A stretch of DNA of 64,000 nucleotides. Source: an uncultured Alphaproteobacteria bacterium (GTDB lineage: Bacteria; Pseudomonadota; Alphaproteobacteria; RF32; CAG-239). The stretch is taken from NCBI GenBank assembly GCA_944390315.1, contig CALXPO010000024.1, forward strand, positions 778 through 64,777, given 5' to 3'. The position numbers and the translations under genes were made by a program. Below, piece by piece: positions 17,521 through 26,551 of this stretch (its first letter is position 1; every line of letters starts with the position of its first letter). The notes beneath the pieces are model-generated. The model saw nothing but the letters and a program-made list of their open reading frames with translations. It had not been told where the DNA came from and made no database searches.

Positions 17521-18650
17521 ATTCCGATTACCTCACAAATAACGGTTATAAATCCGGTCATAACAATCATCCACACTATTGCCGAAACAACGGCTTTAGT
17601 CGTTGCCACGCCCACGCTGTCGGCATTGCGACCGCAATAAACACCGTAGTAACAGCCGCAGACGGCAATAACTATTCCAAAAATAAATCCGTGAAATATG
17701 CCGACCATGAAATTATTAAAACTGATGGCATCTATCGACATATCCCAGTATTTTTGCAAAGGAATATCCAACATGGTCACACCGACAAAACCACCACCGA
17801 GCATTCCCATAAAATCAGACCACATCGTCAACAACGGCATCATCAGTACCAGAGCCATCATTCGCGGTAAAACCAAAAAATCGCCGACAGGGATTCCCAT
17901 TGTTTTTAGGGCATCTATTTCTTCATTGACCTGCATGGTGCCGATGGTCGCCGCGTAGGATGCCCCTGTTCTGCCGGCCATGATAATTCCGGTCATAATT
18001 GCCCCCATGATACGGGTCATACCGATAGTTACCAAACTGGCCACATATATTTCGGCACCGAAAGTTTTGAGTTGAACCGCACCGACAAAAGCCAAAATCA
18101 ACCCCACCATAAAACTGATTAATGATACAATCGGCAAAGCCTTGTAGCCGCAGTCTTCCAATGCAAACAAAAAATCGACCTGCCGCATAACCGCGCGTCC
18201 GCCGAGATACCGTCCGAAAGACTGCAACGCCTTTACTAAAAAGCCATATCCTTTTTTAACACCGACGGATACGGCTATTCCCCAATTACCGATACGTTCC
18301 AAAAAAGATGCTTTTTTTATTTCTTCGGTAACGGGTTTGCGGTCTACCGAAAAAGCCAAATCAAGCATCTGCTTTACTCCTGACGGAGCTTGATTAAGAG
18401 AAAAATTCTGTTGGTTTTGGGTGGCCGATTTTCGAAGATTATACAAAATAACCAACAGAGAAGAATCCCACTTTTGGAGCTCTGAGGCATCAATTATAAT
18501 GGATTTTATGGTTGTTTTTTGAGCAAGGGCATATAAGCGGCGAATGGTTGCTTCGTCGTCAAAGCTGGTATAATTTCCGCTCAACTTGATGCTGAGGGTT
18601 TCTTTTTCCTGTTCAAACTTCAGTATATTGTCCATTATTTTTCTTTTCAA
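17517..18650 (-). CDS. mlaE: MlaE-family ABC permease with an N-terminal fused STAS (MlaB-like) domain.
   Basis: C-terminal roughly 260 aa is a multi-TM MlaE/YrbE-like permease. The N-terminal roughly 110 aa shows STAS-like alternation (IIIDASELQKWDSSLLVIL). Confidence 0.8.
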   Translation of the reverse strand: MKRKIMDNILKFEQEKETLSIKLSGNYTSFDDEATIRRLYALAQKTTIKSIIIDASELQKWDSSLLVILYNLRKSATQNQQNFSLNQAPSGVKQMLDLAFSVDRKPVTEEIKKASFLERIGNWGIAVSVGVKKGYGFLVKALQSFGRYLGGRAVMRQVDFLFALEDCGYKALPIVSLISFMVGLILAFVGAVQLKTFGAEIYVASLVTIGMTRIMGAIMTGIIMAGRTGASYAATIGTMQVNEEIDALKTMGIPVGDFLVLPRMMALVLMMPLLTMWSDFMGMLGGGFVGVTMLDIPLQKYWDMSIDAISFNNFMVGIFHGFIFGIVIAVCGCYYGVYCGRNADSVGVATTKAVVSAIVWMIVMTGFITVICEVIGI

Positions 18651-18801
18651 ATCTTTTGCTTAGTTTAGCACTTGGAGACACAAGGTCAAGGAGATTGCGA
18701 CTTTATTTGCAGATATAATCTTTTTATTAGAAAATACCAGTATGCCATTTTAAAATAGCAAAATACCTCAAGTCGGTAACTTGAGGTATTTTCTTATTAC
18801 A

Positions 18802-19194
18802 TTATTTCAGTTTTGTTATTTTGAGATGGCGAATAATATCCGTGTCTGCCGGCGGAAATTCATAATTATCCAAATCTTCGGGCGCAACCCAAGCAAATTT
18901 TTGATGAACATTGAGCTTGGGTTCGGCATTTTCGGGAAAATAAGTCCGATAAAGATTAATTTTGAACTCGCCGTTCGGATAACTGTAAGTCGTATCCATA
19001 ATAAAATCGCCGACTTCAACATCAAGGCTCAGTTCTTCCTTTATCTCTCTTTTCAGGCACTGTTGAAGGGTTTCGCCCTCCTCCAATTTTCCTCCCGGAA
19101 ATTCCCACAGATTAGGCAGCGGTTTTCCCTCGGGACGCTGAGCAATAAAAATTTTTCCCTCTTTAATCACCAAAGCCGCACTGACTTCTTTCAT
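18802..19194 (-). CDS. mutT: NUDIX hydrolase (MutT-like 8-oxo-dGTP diphosphatase).
   Basis: Nudix box GGKLEEGETLQQCLKREIKEELS. Confidence 0.8.
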   Translation of the reverse strand: MKEVSAALVIKEGKIFIAQRPEGKPLPNLWEFPGGKLEEGETLQQCLKREIKEELSLDVEVGDFIMDTTYSYPNGEFKINLYRTYFPENAEPKLNVHQKFAWVAPEDLDNYEFPPADTDIIRHLKITKLK

Positions 19195-19196
19195 CT

Positions 19197-20639
19197 CTAG
19201 GCTCCCAATTTAGCCAAAGCAGCTTGGACACGATTTAAGGTTTCTTGCTTACCCAAAATTACGGCAATTTCGGTTGCACCGCCGGCCGTGGTTTCTTTGC
19301 CGCTTAAGGCTATACGCAACGGATATAAAATCTGTCCGTTTTTCAGGCCGTTTTCTGCCGCCAGATTTTTCAAACATTCAAACAGGTTCTCATTCGTCCA
19401 ATCCGCAACCGTCGGCAATACTTCTGCTGCCAATTTCAAAGTATTTTGAGCAACCTCGGCATTGGTTTTCATCTTTTTATTTTCATAAAACGACAAATCA
19501 TATTCAGGTACGTTTTCTAAGAAATCGGTTTGGGAAACAATATCAGCCAAAGTTTCAACACGCGGTTGCAAAACCTTGCTCAAAAACTCTAAGTTAAGCG
19601 GACGTGTCAGATATTTTTGGTAGTAAGGCATAGCCAGTTCGTGAAATTTTTCGGTCGGCAGTTCTCTGATATAGCAACCGTTCATCCAAGTCAGCTTAAC
19701 TATATCAAAAATCGCCGGTGATTTGTTAAGGCGAGAAATGTCAAACACTTTTTCCAACTCGGAAAGTGAGAAGATTTCTCTGTCATCGCCCGGATTCCAA
19801 CCAAGCAATGCAATATAATTCAAAATGGCTGCGGGCAAATAGCCTTTGGCGACCAAATCTTGGAAAGAAGCGTCACCGTTTCTTTTTGATAATTTATGCT
19901 GAGCATCTTTCATAACTTGCGGAACATGTACATAAATCGGCGGCGTCCAACCAAAAGCCTCATAAATCAAATTATACTTCGGCGTGGAAGAAATATATTC
20001 GTTTCCGCGGACGACATGGGTAATGGCCATCAAATGGTCATCAATCACATTGGCAAAGTTATAAGTCGGAAAACCGTCGGTTTTAAGCAAAACACCTTCA
20101 TCCAAATCGTCATAATCGATTTCAATATCGCCGTAGACTTCATCATGAAAATGAGATTTTCCCTTTTTATTGATGGTTTGACGAATGGTATAAGGCTCTC
20201 CCGCCGCAACTCTGGCTTTAGCTTCTTCCAAGCTCAGATGTTTGCAGGGATCTTGAAATTTGGTCGGAACGGCTGCTTCTTCACCGTCTTCGCTCTCGGT
20301 TTCTTCTTTTTGTGAACAGAAGCAGTAGTGGGCGCCACCCAACTCTACCAATTTGTGCGCATATTCGGCATAAATCGCTTTTCTTTCCGACTGAATATAA
20401 GGACCGTAATTGCCGCCGATATCCGGACCTTCGTCCCAATTCATTCCTACCGTTTTCAAAGTTTGGTAGATAATATCGGTTGCTCCTTCGACATAGCGTT
20501 TTTGGTCGGTATCTTCAATACGTAACAAAAAATCACCGCCGGTAGATTTGGCGATTAAATATTCATATAATGCGGTACGTAAATTTCCGATGTGCATATA
20601 GCCGGTCGGAGAAGGAGCAAATCTGGTTCTTGCTTTCAT
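19197..20639 (-). CDS. gltX: Glutamate--tRNA ligase.
   Basis: HIGN (class I HIGH) motif, KLSKR (KMSKS) motif, full-length similarity. Confidence 0.9.
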   Translation of the reverse strand: MKARTRFAPSPTGYMHIGNLRTALYEYLIAKSTGGDFLLRIEDTDQKRYVEGATDIIYQTLKTVGMNWDEGPDIGGNYGPYIQSERKAIYAEYAHKLVELGGAHYCFCSQKEETESEDGEEAAVPTKFQDPCKHLSLEEAKARVAAGEPYTIRQTINKKGKSHFHDEVYGDIEIDYDDLDEGVLLKTDGFPTYNFANVIDDHLMAITHVVRGNEYISSTPKYNLIYEAFGWTPPIYVHVPQVMKDAQHKLSKRNGDASFQDLVAKGYLPAAILNYIALLGWNPGDDREIFSLSELEKVFDISRLNKSPAIFDIVKLTWMNGCYIRELPTEKFHELAMPYYQKYLTRPLNLEFLSKVLQPRVETLADIVSQTDFLENVPEYDLSFYENKKMKTNAEVAQNTLKLAAEVLPTVADWTNENLFECLKNLAAENGLKNGQILYPLRIALSGKETTAGGATEIAVILGKQETLNRVQAALAKLGA

Positions 20640-20735
20640 GTTTTCCTCTTTTTATCAAAAAATCAAATTTTTACGAATCTATGTTTGAGAATATCCCAAT
20701 TTTAAATTTTAACAAGCCTTTTATCTGTGCATGAT

Positions 20736-22400
20736 TTAAGCCGACAACAAAACTTTTGCCGCCGCTCTGGCTTCGTCGGTAATGTGTTCGCCGGCAAGCA
20801 TTCTGGCAATTTCTTCGTGTCTTTCCTCGGGGCTTAACTCACGGACATAGGTCGTGGTTACATTATCGACCGTTTTCTTTTCAACTTTGTAATGATGCTT
20901 TCCGCAAGCGGCAACCTGTGGGGAATGAGTTACCAGCAAGACTTGTACATCTTGCCCCAAACGCGCCAATCTTTCTCCCACCGCCTGAGCCGTAGCTCCG
21001 CCGACACCGGCGTCGACTTCGTCAAAAATCATTGTTTGGCAACCGCCGCAAGCCGCCAAGTTAACTTTGAGCGCCAGCATAAAACGTGCCAACTCACCGC
21101 CTGAGGCAATTTTGTTGAGCGGACCTTGCGGAGAGTTCGGGTTGGTTGAAACCGTGAAGGTTACACTGTCAAAGCCTTGCTCGTTCCATGCGCTTTCGGG
21201 CAATTTTTCGACCTGAGTCACAAAACGAGCCTTTTCCATTTTCAAAGGCGGCAATTCGGCCATAACTTTCCAATCCAAATCGGCGGCGGCACGGCGTCTT
21301 TTTTCACTCAGAGCCTCGGCTGCCTTCACATACTCGAGCTTTGCCTGCTCTTCTTGTTTGAGCAATTCGTTCAATCCGTCTTCGCCTAACTCAATCGTGG
21401 ACAGTTTTTGGCGCATTTCTTCCAAGACCAAAGGCAAATCGTCTATTCCGACTTGATGTTTGCGTGCGGCGGCTCGCAGAGCAAACAAGCGTTGCTCAAT
21501 ATTATCAATTTCACTTTGGCTCAAACTGACGGAAGAACTGGCTTCTTCAATTTGTCGTAAACTTTCATCGGCATTAATCAAAGTTTGTTCCAGACTTTCG
21601 GCCAAAATATCAAACTTGCCCTGAACAAGGCGGTTGGCTCTTTCTATGGCCGCCTGTGCGTGACGAACGGCAGAAACGACATCTGCCGACTGAGTCAGGC
21701 TGACATAGGCCGTATTTAGGTTTTCCAGTAATTTTTCGGCATTCATCATTTCGGTTCGACGGGCAGACAATTCCTCTTGTTCGCCTGCAACCGGTTTAAG
21801 TTTTTCCAACTCGTCAACCCAACAACGTAAATTTTCTTCCTCTTGTTTGGCCTCGGCCAAATTTTTTTCCGTATCCTGACGTTTTTGGACCGCCTGTTTA
21901 TACAATCTATATTTTTCCGCAACCGTATTTTGTTCGGCTTTATATTGTCCGTAACCGTCCAAAATTCCGCGATGCAACGTTGGGTTAAGCAAGCCCTGAT
22001 TATCGAATTGGCCGTGCACTTCAACCAAAAAGCGCCCCAGTTCTTTAAGAACTTTTAACGATACTTGCTGGTCGTTAATAAATATTTTGCCTTTACCGTT
22101 TGTATCCAAAGTGCGTTTTATGATGATTTCGTCTTCCAAATCCAAATCATATTCTTTAGCAAAATCGAATAATGGATGACCTTGTTCAGGCAAAGAAAAA
22201 ACCGCGGTAACGCTCAACTTGTCTTCGCCTTTACGAATCAACGACGTTTCGGCACGATTTCCTAAAGCCAAGCCCAGAGAATCGAGCAAAATTGATTTAC
22301 CGGCACCGGTTTCGCCGGTCAACACACTCAACCCCGAAGAAAACTCCAAATCGAGTTTGTCTATCAAAACCACATTGCGAATGGAAAGAGAACAGAGCAT
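20736..22400 (-). CDS. recN: DNA repair protein RecN. Start taken at Met16 (MLCSLSIRN...) to avoid the bamD overlap.
   Basis: SMC-like N-terminal Walker A (GETGAGKS), coiled coil, and C-terminal signature and Walker B. Confidence 0.9.
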   Translation of the reverse strand: MLCSLSIRNVVLIDKLDLEFSSGLSVLTGETGAGKSILLDSLGLALGNRAETSLIRKGEDKLSVTAVFSLPEQGHPLFDFAKEYDLDLEDEIIIKRTLDTNGKGKIFINDQQVSLKVLKELGRFLVEVHGQFDNQGLLNPTLHRGILDGYGQYKAEQNTVAEKYRLYKQAVQKRQDTEKNLAEAKQEEENLRCWVDELEKLKPVAGEQEELSARRTEMMNAEKLLENLNTAYVSLTQSADVVSAVRHAQAAIERANRLVQGKFDILAESLEQTLINADESLRQIEEASSSVSLSQSEIDNIEQRLFALRAAARKHQVGIDDLPLVLEEMRQKLSTIELGEDGLNELLKQEEQAKLEYVKAAEALSEKRRRAAADLDWKVMAELPPLKMEKARFVTQVEKLPESAWNEQGFDSVTFTVSTNPNSPQGPLNKIASGGELARFMLALKVNLAACGGCQTMIFDEVDAGVGGATAQAVGERLARLGQDVQVLLVTHSPQVAACGKHHYKVEKKTVDNVTTTYVRELSPEERHEEIARMLAGEHITDEARAAAKVLLSA

Positions 22401-22402
22401 AA

Positions 22403-23149
22403 TTACTTTTTGTCCTTTACGATTTTGGCGGCTTTGGCGGTCCAATTACCCTTGGGATAATTATACTTTAAGACATCGTAAGCCGTTTTAGCTTCCGTCG
22501 GCAAGCCCAAAAGAGTATAAATTTCGACCTGACGGTACAGAGCTTCTTCAATGTATCCGGTTTGACTGTAATTGGTCACCACGACCGAAAAACGATTGAG
22601 AGCCGAAAGATAATTTTTGCGCTCCAAATAATAGCGACCGACTTCCATTTCTTTGCCGGCTAAATTATCACGAGCCAAGACCATTTTTTGACGAGCATCG
22701 GCGGCATATTTGCTGTTCGGAAAACGAGCGACCAACTGATTGAACGCCTCTAAAGCCTGTCGGGTTTCGCCCTGCTCACGATTAACATCCGAAATTTGAT
22801 CATAATAGCAGATGGCTTTCAAATAGTAAGCATAGGCAACATTTGGATTACCGGGATGAAAACGGATAAATCTGTCCAGAGCCATAATCGCATCGTCATA
22901 ATTTTCATTTTTGTAGTAGGCATAGGCGCCCATAATTTTTGCCTCGGTCGCCCATTTGGAATAAGGATATTCCAACTCAACTTTTTCAAAAGTCTCCGCC
23001 GCTTTTTTGTAGCGAGTTTCCGCCAAATAATTATGAGCCTGATTGTAGAGCTCCTCGGCGCTCATTTTTTCCAAATCGACATTATCAGCGGCACAACCGA
23101 ACAAAAGTACCGAACAAAACAACAAAGACAATAACTTATATTTTTTCAT
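22403..23149 (-). CDS. bamD: Outer membrane protein assembly factor BamD (lipoprotein, TPR repeats).
   Basis: Lipobox LFGC and a TPR-rich BamD/ComL-like sequence. Confidence 0.85.
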   Translation of the reverse strand: MKKYKLLSLLFCSVLLFGCAADNVDLEKMSAEELYNQAHNYLAETRYKKAAETFEKVELEYPYSKWATEAKIMGAYAYYKNENYDDAIMALDRFIRFHPGNPNVAYAYYLKAICYYDQISDVNREQGETRQALEAFNQLVARFPNSKYAADARQKMVLARDNLAGKEMEVGRYYLERKNYLSALNRFSVVVTNYSQTGYIEEALYRQVEIYTLLGLPTEAKTAYDVLKYNYPKGNWTAKAAKIVKDKK

Positions 23150-23151
23150 CG

Positions 23152-24006
23152 CTATACCAATTCATAATTAGAGTTATCGGAAAACAAGACTTTCAACAAT
23201 TGATTATTATGGAAGTGTCCTGTTTTGGAAGCATTTAATTCTCCCAAAATATGATAGCCTGAGGTATACAAATCACCGATGGCATCCAAAACTTTGTGAT
23301 TGACACATTCGTGCTCGTTTCGCAAACCTCCGGGATTAAGAACTTTTTCGCCGTCCAGGACAACGGCATTCTCCAAACTTCCGCCTTTAATCAGACCGAT
23401 GGATTGTAAATAATCAACCTGATATTTTTCGCAAAAAGTGCGGCAAGGTGCAATTTCTTTGACAAACAATTGCGGGGTAATTTCTCCCTCAAACACCTGA
23501 TGACCGACAATTTTTGAAGGAAATTCGATTTCAAATTTAATTTTCAATCCCTTATCATAAGGATTGAGACTGACTCGGTTGCCTTTGTCATCAACAAACG
23601 AAATCTCCTTTTTGACTTTGAGATATTTGCGCGGAGCTTCCTGTTCTTTCAGTTCAACCTGCTCCAAAGCCTTATACAATACTTCGGCGCTGCCGTCCAT
23701 AATCGGCAGTTCGGGATTGTTCACTTCCACCAACACATTATCAACACCGCGAATATAGAGGGCGCTCATCAAATGCTCAATTGTGCTGACAATGTTTTTA
23801 TCTTTATCTCCCAGACAAGTACAATTTCTGGTATCAACCACATTTGACCACAAAGCCGGTATTTGCGGTTTACCTTCAACATCAGAACGGCAAAAAACGA
23901 TACCGCTGTTTACGGGCATTGGCTTAAACACCATTTTTGATTTTAGACCGGAATGCAAGCCGATACCTTCGATTTCAAATCCGCGTGCGATTGTTTGTTG
24001 TTGCAT
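23152..24006 (-). CDS. lpxC: UDP-3-O-acyl-N-acetylglucosamine deacetylase.
   Basis: Full-length LpxC similarity (MQQQTIARGFEIEGIGLHSG...). Confidence 0.9.
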   Translation of the reverse strand: MQQQTIARGFEIEGIGLHSGLKSKMVFKPMPVNSGIVFCRSDVEGKPQIPALWSNVVDTRNCTCLGDKDKNIVSTIEHLMSALYIRGVDNVLVEVNNPELPIMDGSAEVLYKALEQVELKEQEAPRKYLKVKKEISFVDDKGNRVSLNPYDKGLKIKFEIEFPSKIVGHQVFEGEITPQLFVKEIAPCRTFCEKYQVDYLQSIGLIKGGSLENAVVLDGEKVLNPGGLRNEHECVNHKVLDAIGDLYTSGYHILGELNASKTGHFHNNQLLKVLFSDNSNYELV

Positions 24007-24034
24007 TATAAACCTCCTAAAATAAAAAGCAGGC

Positions 24035-24440
24035 AGTCTGTAAGCCGGGTTCTGTATCGCAAAATATCGGTAAATATTTCAACGATTGATAGCCATTCAT
24101 CTTGGCGATATGTTACCACATCGCTCGGTGCGACCTACCTCTGGAGAGAAGTGGAAACGCTTCTTATGATTGGTAAAAACCAAACCTCCTAACTTGGTCT
24201 TGCTTCAAACAGGGTTTACCTTGCCAAAATCGTTGCCGATTTTGCGGTGAGCTCTTACCTCGCCTTTTCAACCTTACCGGAACTTGTCCGGCGGTAACTT
24301 TCTGCGGCACTTTCCCTTGGATTGCTCCAGCCGGACGTTATCCGGTGTTCTGTTTCCACGAAGCCCGGACTTTCCTCATCAATGGATTTTCCTTTCCTTG
24401 ACGCGGCTATCCGACCGCCTGCCCTTAGAAAGGTAATATT
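24035..24440 (-). ncRNA. rnpB: RNase P RNA (bacterial type A). Ends are approximate.
   Basis: Minus strand contains the universal GAGGAAAGUCCGGGC, GGGAAAGUGCC.CAGAAA and ACAGAACCCGGCUUA motifs in the correct order. P1 pairing between 5' GGCAGGCGG and 3' GACUGCCUGC. Confidence 0.8.
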
Positions 24441-24749
24441 ATCCCAAAATAAAAGCAAGCAAAATATAGTTGCGCTCCACAGAATCCGATTCTGTTTTTA
24501 AATATTTTTTTCGGCTGGAAAAAAATCCCATTTGGATATTTTGTCAACATATCGGCAAAAAAATACATTTTTTTCTAATATTCATATAACTCTTGCAGGA
24601 TATAGCTTTAGGACAAAAAAAAATTTCTTTTCGACAGAACAAACATTGAACAGTTAAGATTTTACTAAAAATTCCCATTGATTCCCATATTTTCCCATGT
24701 TATACCATAAAAATCAGAGCGCGATGAATAAAATATGAGGTAATAACGG

Positions 24750-25223
24750 ATGAGAAAAACTTTTCTCTTTATGGATACGATATCCAACAAGGTGGACGCC
24801 AAAGGGCGCGTCTCCCTGCCGTCAGATTACCGCGCAATCGTTAAAGAATTATCAACCGAAATCGTTTGTTACCGCAGTCTTACTTCCCCCTGCATCGAGG
24901 GCTGCACCGAAGAACTTCTCGAAAAACTCGCTTCCGATATGGAAAATTCGCTCGACTTTTTCTCTCAAACCCAAGACGATCTCACCAATTTGATTTTTGG
25001 TGACGCGCGCCGTTTTACCTTTGACAGTACCGGTCGAATTTCGTTATCGGAAAAACTTCTTAAACATGCCCAAATTACCGATACCGCCGTTTTTGTCGGT
25101 AAAGGTCGCAAATTCCAAATTTGGAACCCCGAAAATTGGGAAAAAGAAGAGGCTCGCATCCGTGCCGAAGTTCTCAAAAACAGACCGTCTTTACGCATAA
25201 ACGGAGGGCAAAATGAACAATAA
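24750..25223 (+). CDS. mraZ: Transcriptional regulator MraZ.
   Basis: Duplicated MraZ fold motifs (KGRVSLP / TGRISL). Confidence 0.9.
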   Translation: MRKTFLFMDTISNKVDAKGRVSLPSDYRAIVKELSTEIVCYRSLTSPCIEGCTEELLEKLASDMENSLDFFSQTQDDLTNLIFGDARRFTFDSTGRISLSEKLLKHAQITDTAVFVGKGRKFQIWNPENWEKEEARIRAEVLKNRPSLRINGGQNEQ

Positions 25224-26142
25224 GCCCAAACATATTCCCGTTATGCTTACCGAAGTCCTTGCCGCATTATCACCTGAAGCAGGCAAAACTTATGTTGACG
25301 CCACATTCGGCAACGGCGGCTACAGCGAAGCCATTCTTAAAACGGCAGACTGTAAGGTTATTGCCATTGACCGCGATCCCAATGTTAAACCTCGTGCCGA
25401 TGAAATGAAGGCTTTATACGGCAATCGCTTTGATTTCAGAGCCGGCTGCTTCGGCGACATTGCCGAATTGATTGATTTTCCGGTTGACGGCATTGTGTTT
25501 GACATCGGTGTTTCTTCCATGCAAATAGACCAGGCCGAACGCGGCTTTTCTTACAGCAAAGATGCTGCTTTGGATATGCGTATGTCTTGCAAAGGAACTT
25601 CTGCCGCCGATATTGTCAATTCTTATTCGGAAAAAGAATTGGCCGATTTAATATATCGTTTCGGCGAAGAAAGAAAATCACGTCAAATTGCCGCCAAAAT
25701 CATCGCCGCCCGTAAAGTTGAACCGATTACAACCACTAAACAGTTAGCCGAAATTATCTATCAGGTTATTTTCAAAAAACCCGGTCAACCCGATCCGGCA
25801 ACCCGCACTTTTCAGGCCTTGAGAATCGCCGTTAATGATGAACTGGGTGAACTTGAACGCGGCCTTGACAACGGTCTTAAAATCTTAAAAGACGGCGGTC
25901 GTATGGTCGTGGTCACTTTCCATTCTTTGGAAGACAGAATTGTCAAAAACTTTTTCAAACAAAAAGCAGGAAAAGATACCAACGTTTCCCGCTATTTGCC
26001 CCAAAAGAACTCTGACGAGAACAAAGAACTTTCTTTTTGTTCAAAAGCCGTTTTACCGACTGAGCTCGAGATAGAAAACAACTCTCGCGCACATTCGGCC
26101 AAACTTCGCTACGCCATTAAAATTAATAAGGAGACAGAATAA
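25213..26142 (+). CDS. rsmH: 16S rRNA (cytosine1402-N4)-methyltransferase RsmH.
   Basis: HIPVML...DATFGNGGYS SAM-binding motifs. Confidence 0.9.
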   Translation: MNNKPKHIPVMLTEVLAALSPEAGKTYVDATFGNGGYSEAILKTADCKVIAIDRDPNVKPRADEMKALYGNRFDFRAGCFGDIAELIDFPVDGIVFDIGVSSMQIDQAERGFSYSKDAALDMRMSCKGTSAADIVNSYSEKELADLIYRFGEERKSRQIAAKIIAARKVEPITTTKQLAEIIYQVIFKKPGQPDPATRTFQALRIAVNDELGELERGLDNGLKILKDGGRMVVVTFHSLEDRIVKNFFKQKAGKDTNVSRYLPQKNSDENKELSFCSKAVLPTELEIENNSRAHSAKLRYAIKINKETE

Positions 26143-26531
26143 TGAATACAACAAAATCTGCCGCTATCTGCCTGTGGGCAGCCTTAACTGTTTTAACTGC
26201 CGTGATTTTTGCTACTTTCATTATGAAAAACAGAGTACAATCTCTCGAAAAAGAATTAGCCGGCATCAACCGCAGCATCAATGAAGACATGAAAACCATT
26301 CATATTCTCAAAGCGGAATGGAGCCATTTGAACAATCCCGAAAGATTGCGCAAACTGGCTCAGGAACATACCAATCTTAATCCTATTAAAGCCGAACAAA
26401 TCATTAGTTACGCTGCTCTGCCGTTTGATTTTGAAAACGGCGATAATCGCAAAATGCTTGCCCGACAAAACCTCAATAATATTGCCAACCGCAATAAAAA
26501 ATTGCGCCGCTTAGCCAAAGCCGAAAGATAA
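26142..26531 (+). CDS. ftsL: Cell division protein FtsL (small bitopic).
   Basis: Position between rsmH and ftsI. Single TM plus coiled coil. Confidence 0.65.
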   Translation: MNTTKSAAICLWAALTVLTAVIFATFIMKNRVQSLEKELAGINRSINEDMKTIHILKAEWSHLNNPERLRKLAQEHTNLNPIKAEQIISYAALPFDFENGDNRKMLARQNLNNIANRNKKLRRLAKAER

Positions 26532-26551
26532 TCAAGGATATTTATCATAAA

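Noticed and set aside
17514-17870. 118-aa His-rich plus-strand ORF antisense to mlaE/mlaF
   Set aside because: It is fully embedded antisense in well-supported ABC genes, low-complexity, and has no independent signals.
23953-24458. Small ORFs (79 aa on +, 67 aa on -) between lpxC and mraZ
   Set aside because: The region is occupied by RNase P RNA with conserved universal motifs. The ORFs are chance frames in a structured RNA gene.
24440-24750. Possible sRNA or riboswitch in the 310-bp region upstream of mraZ
   Set aside because: I see only AT-rich promoter-like sequence (TTGTCAAC...TAATAT), which is expected for the Pmra region. No convincing conserved structure.
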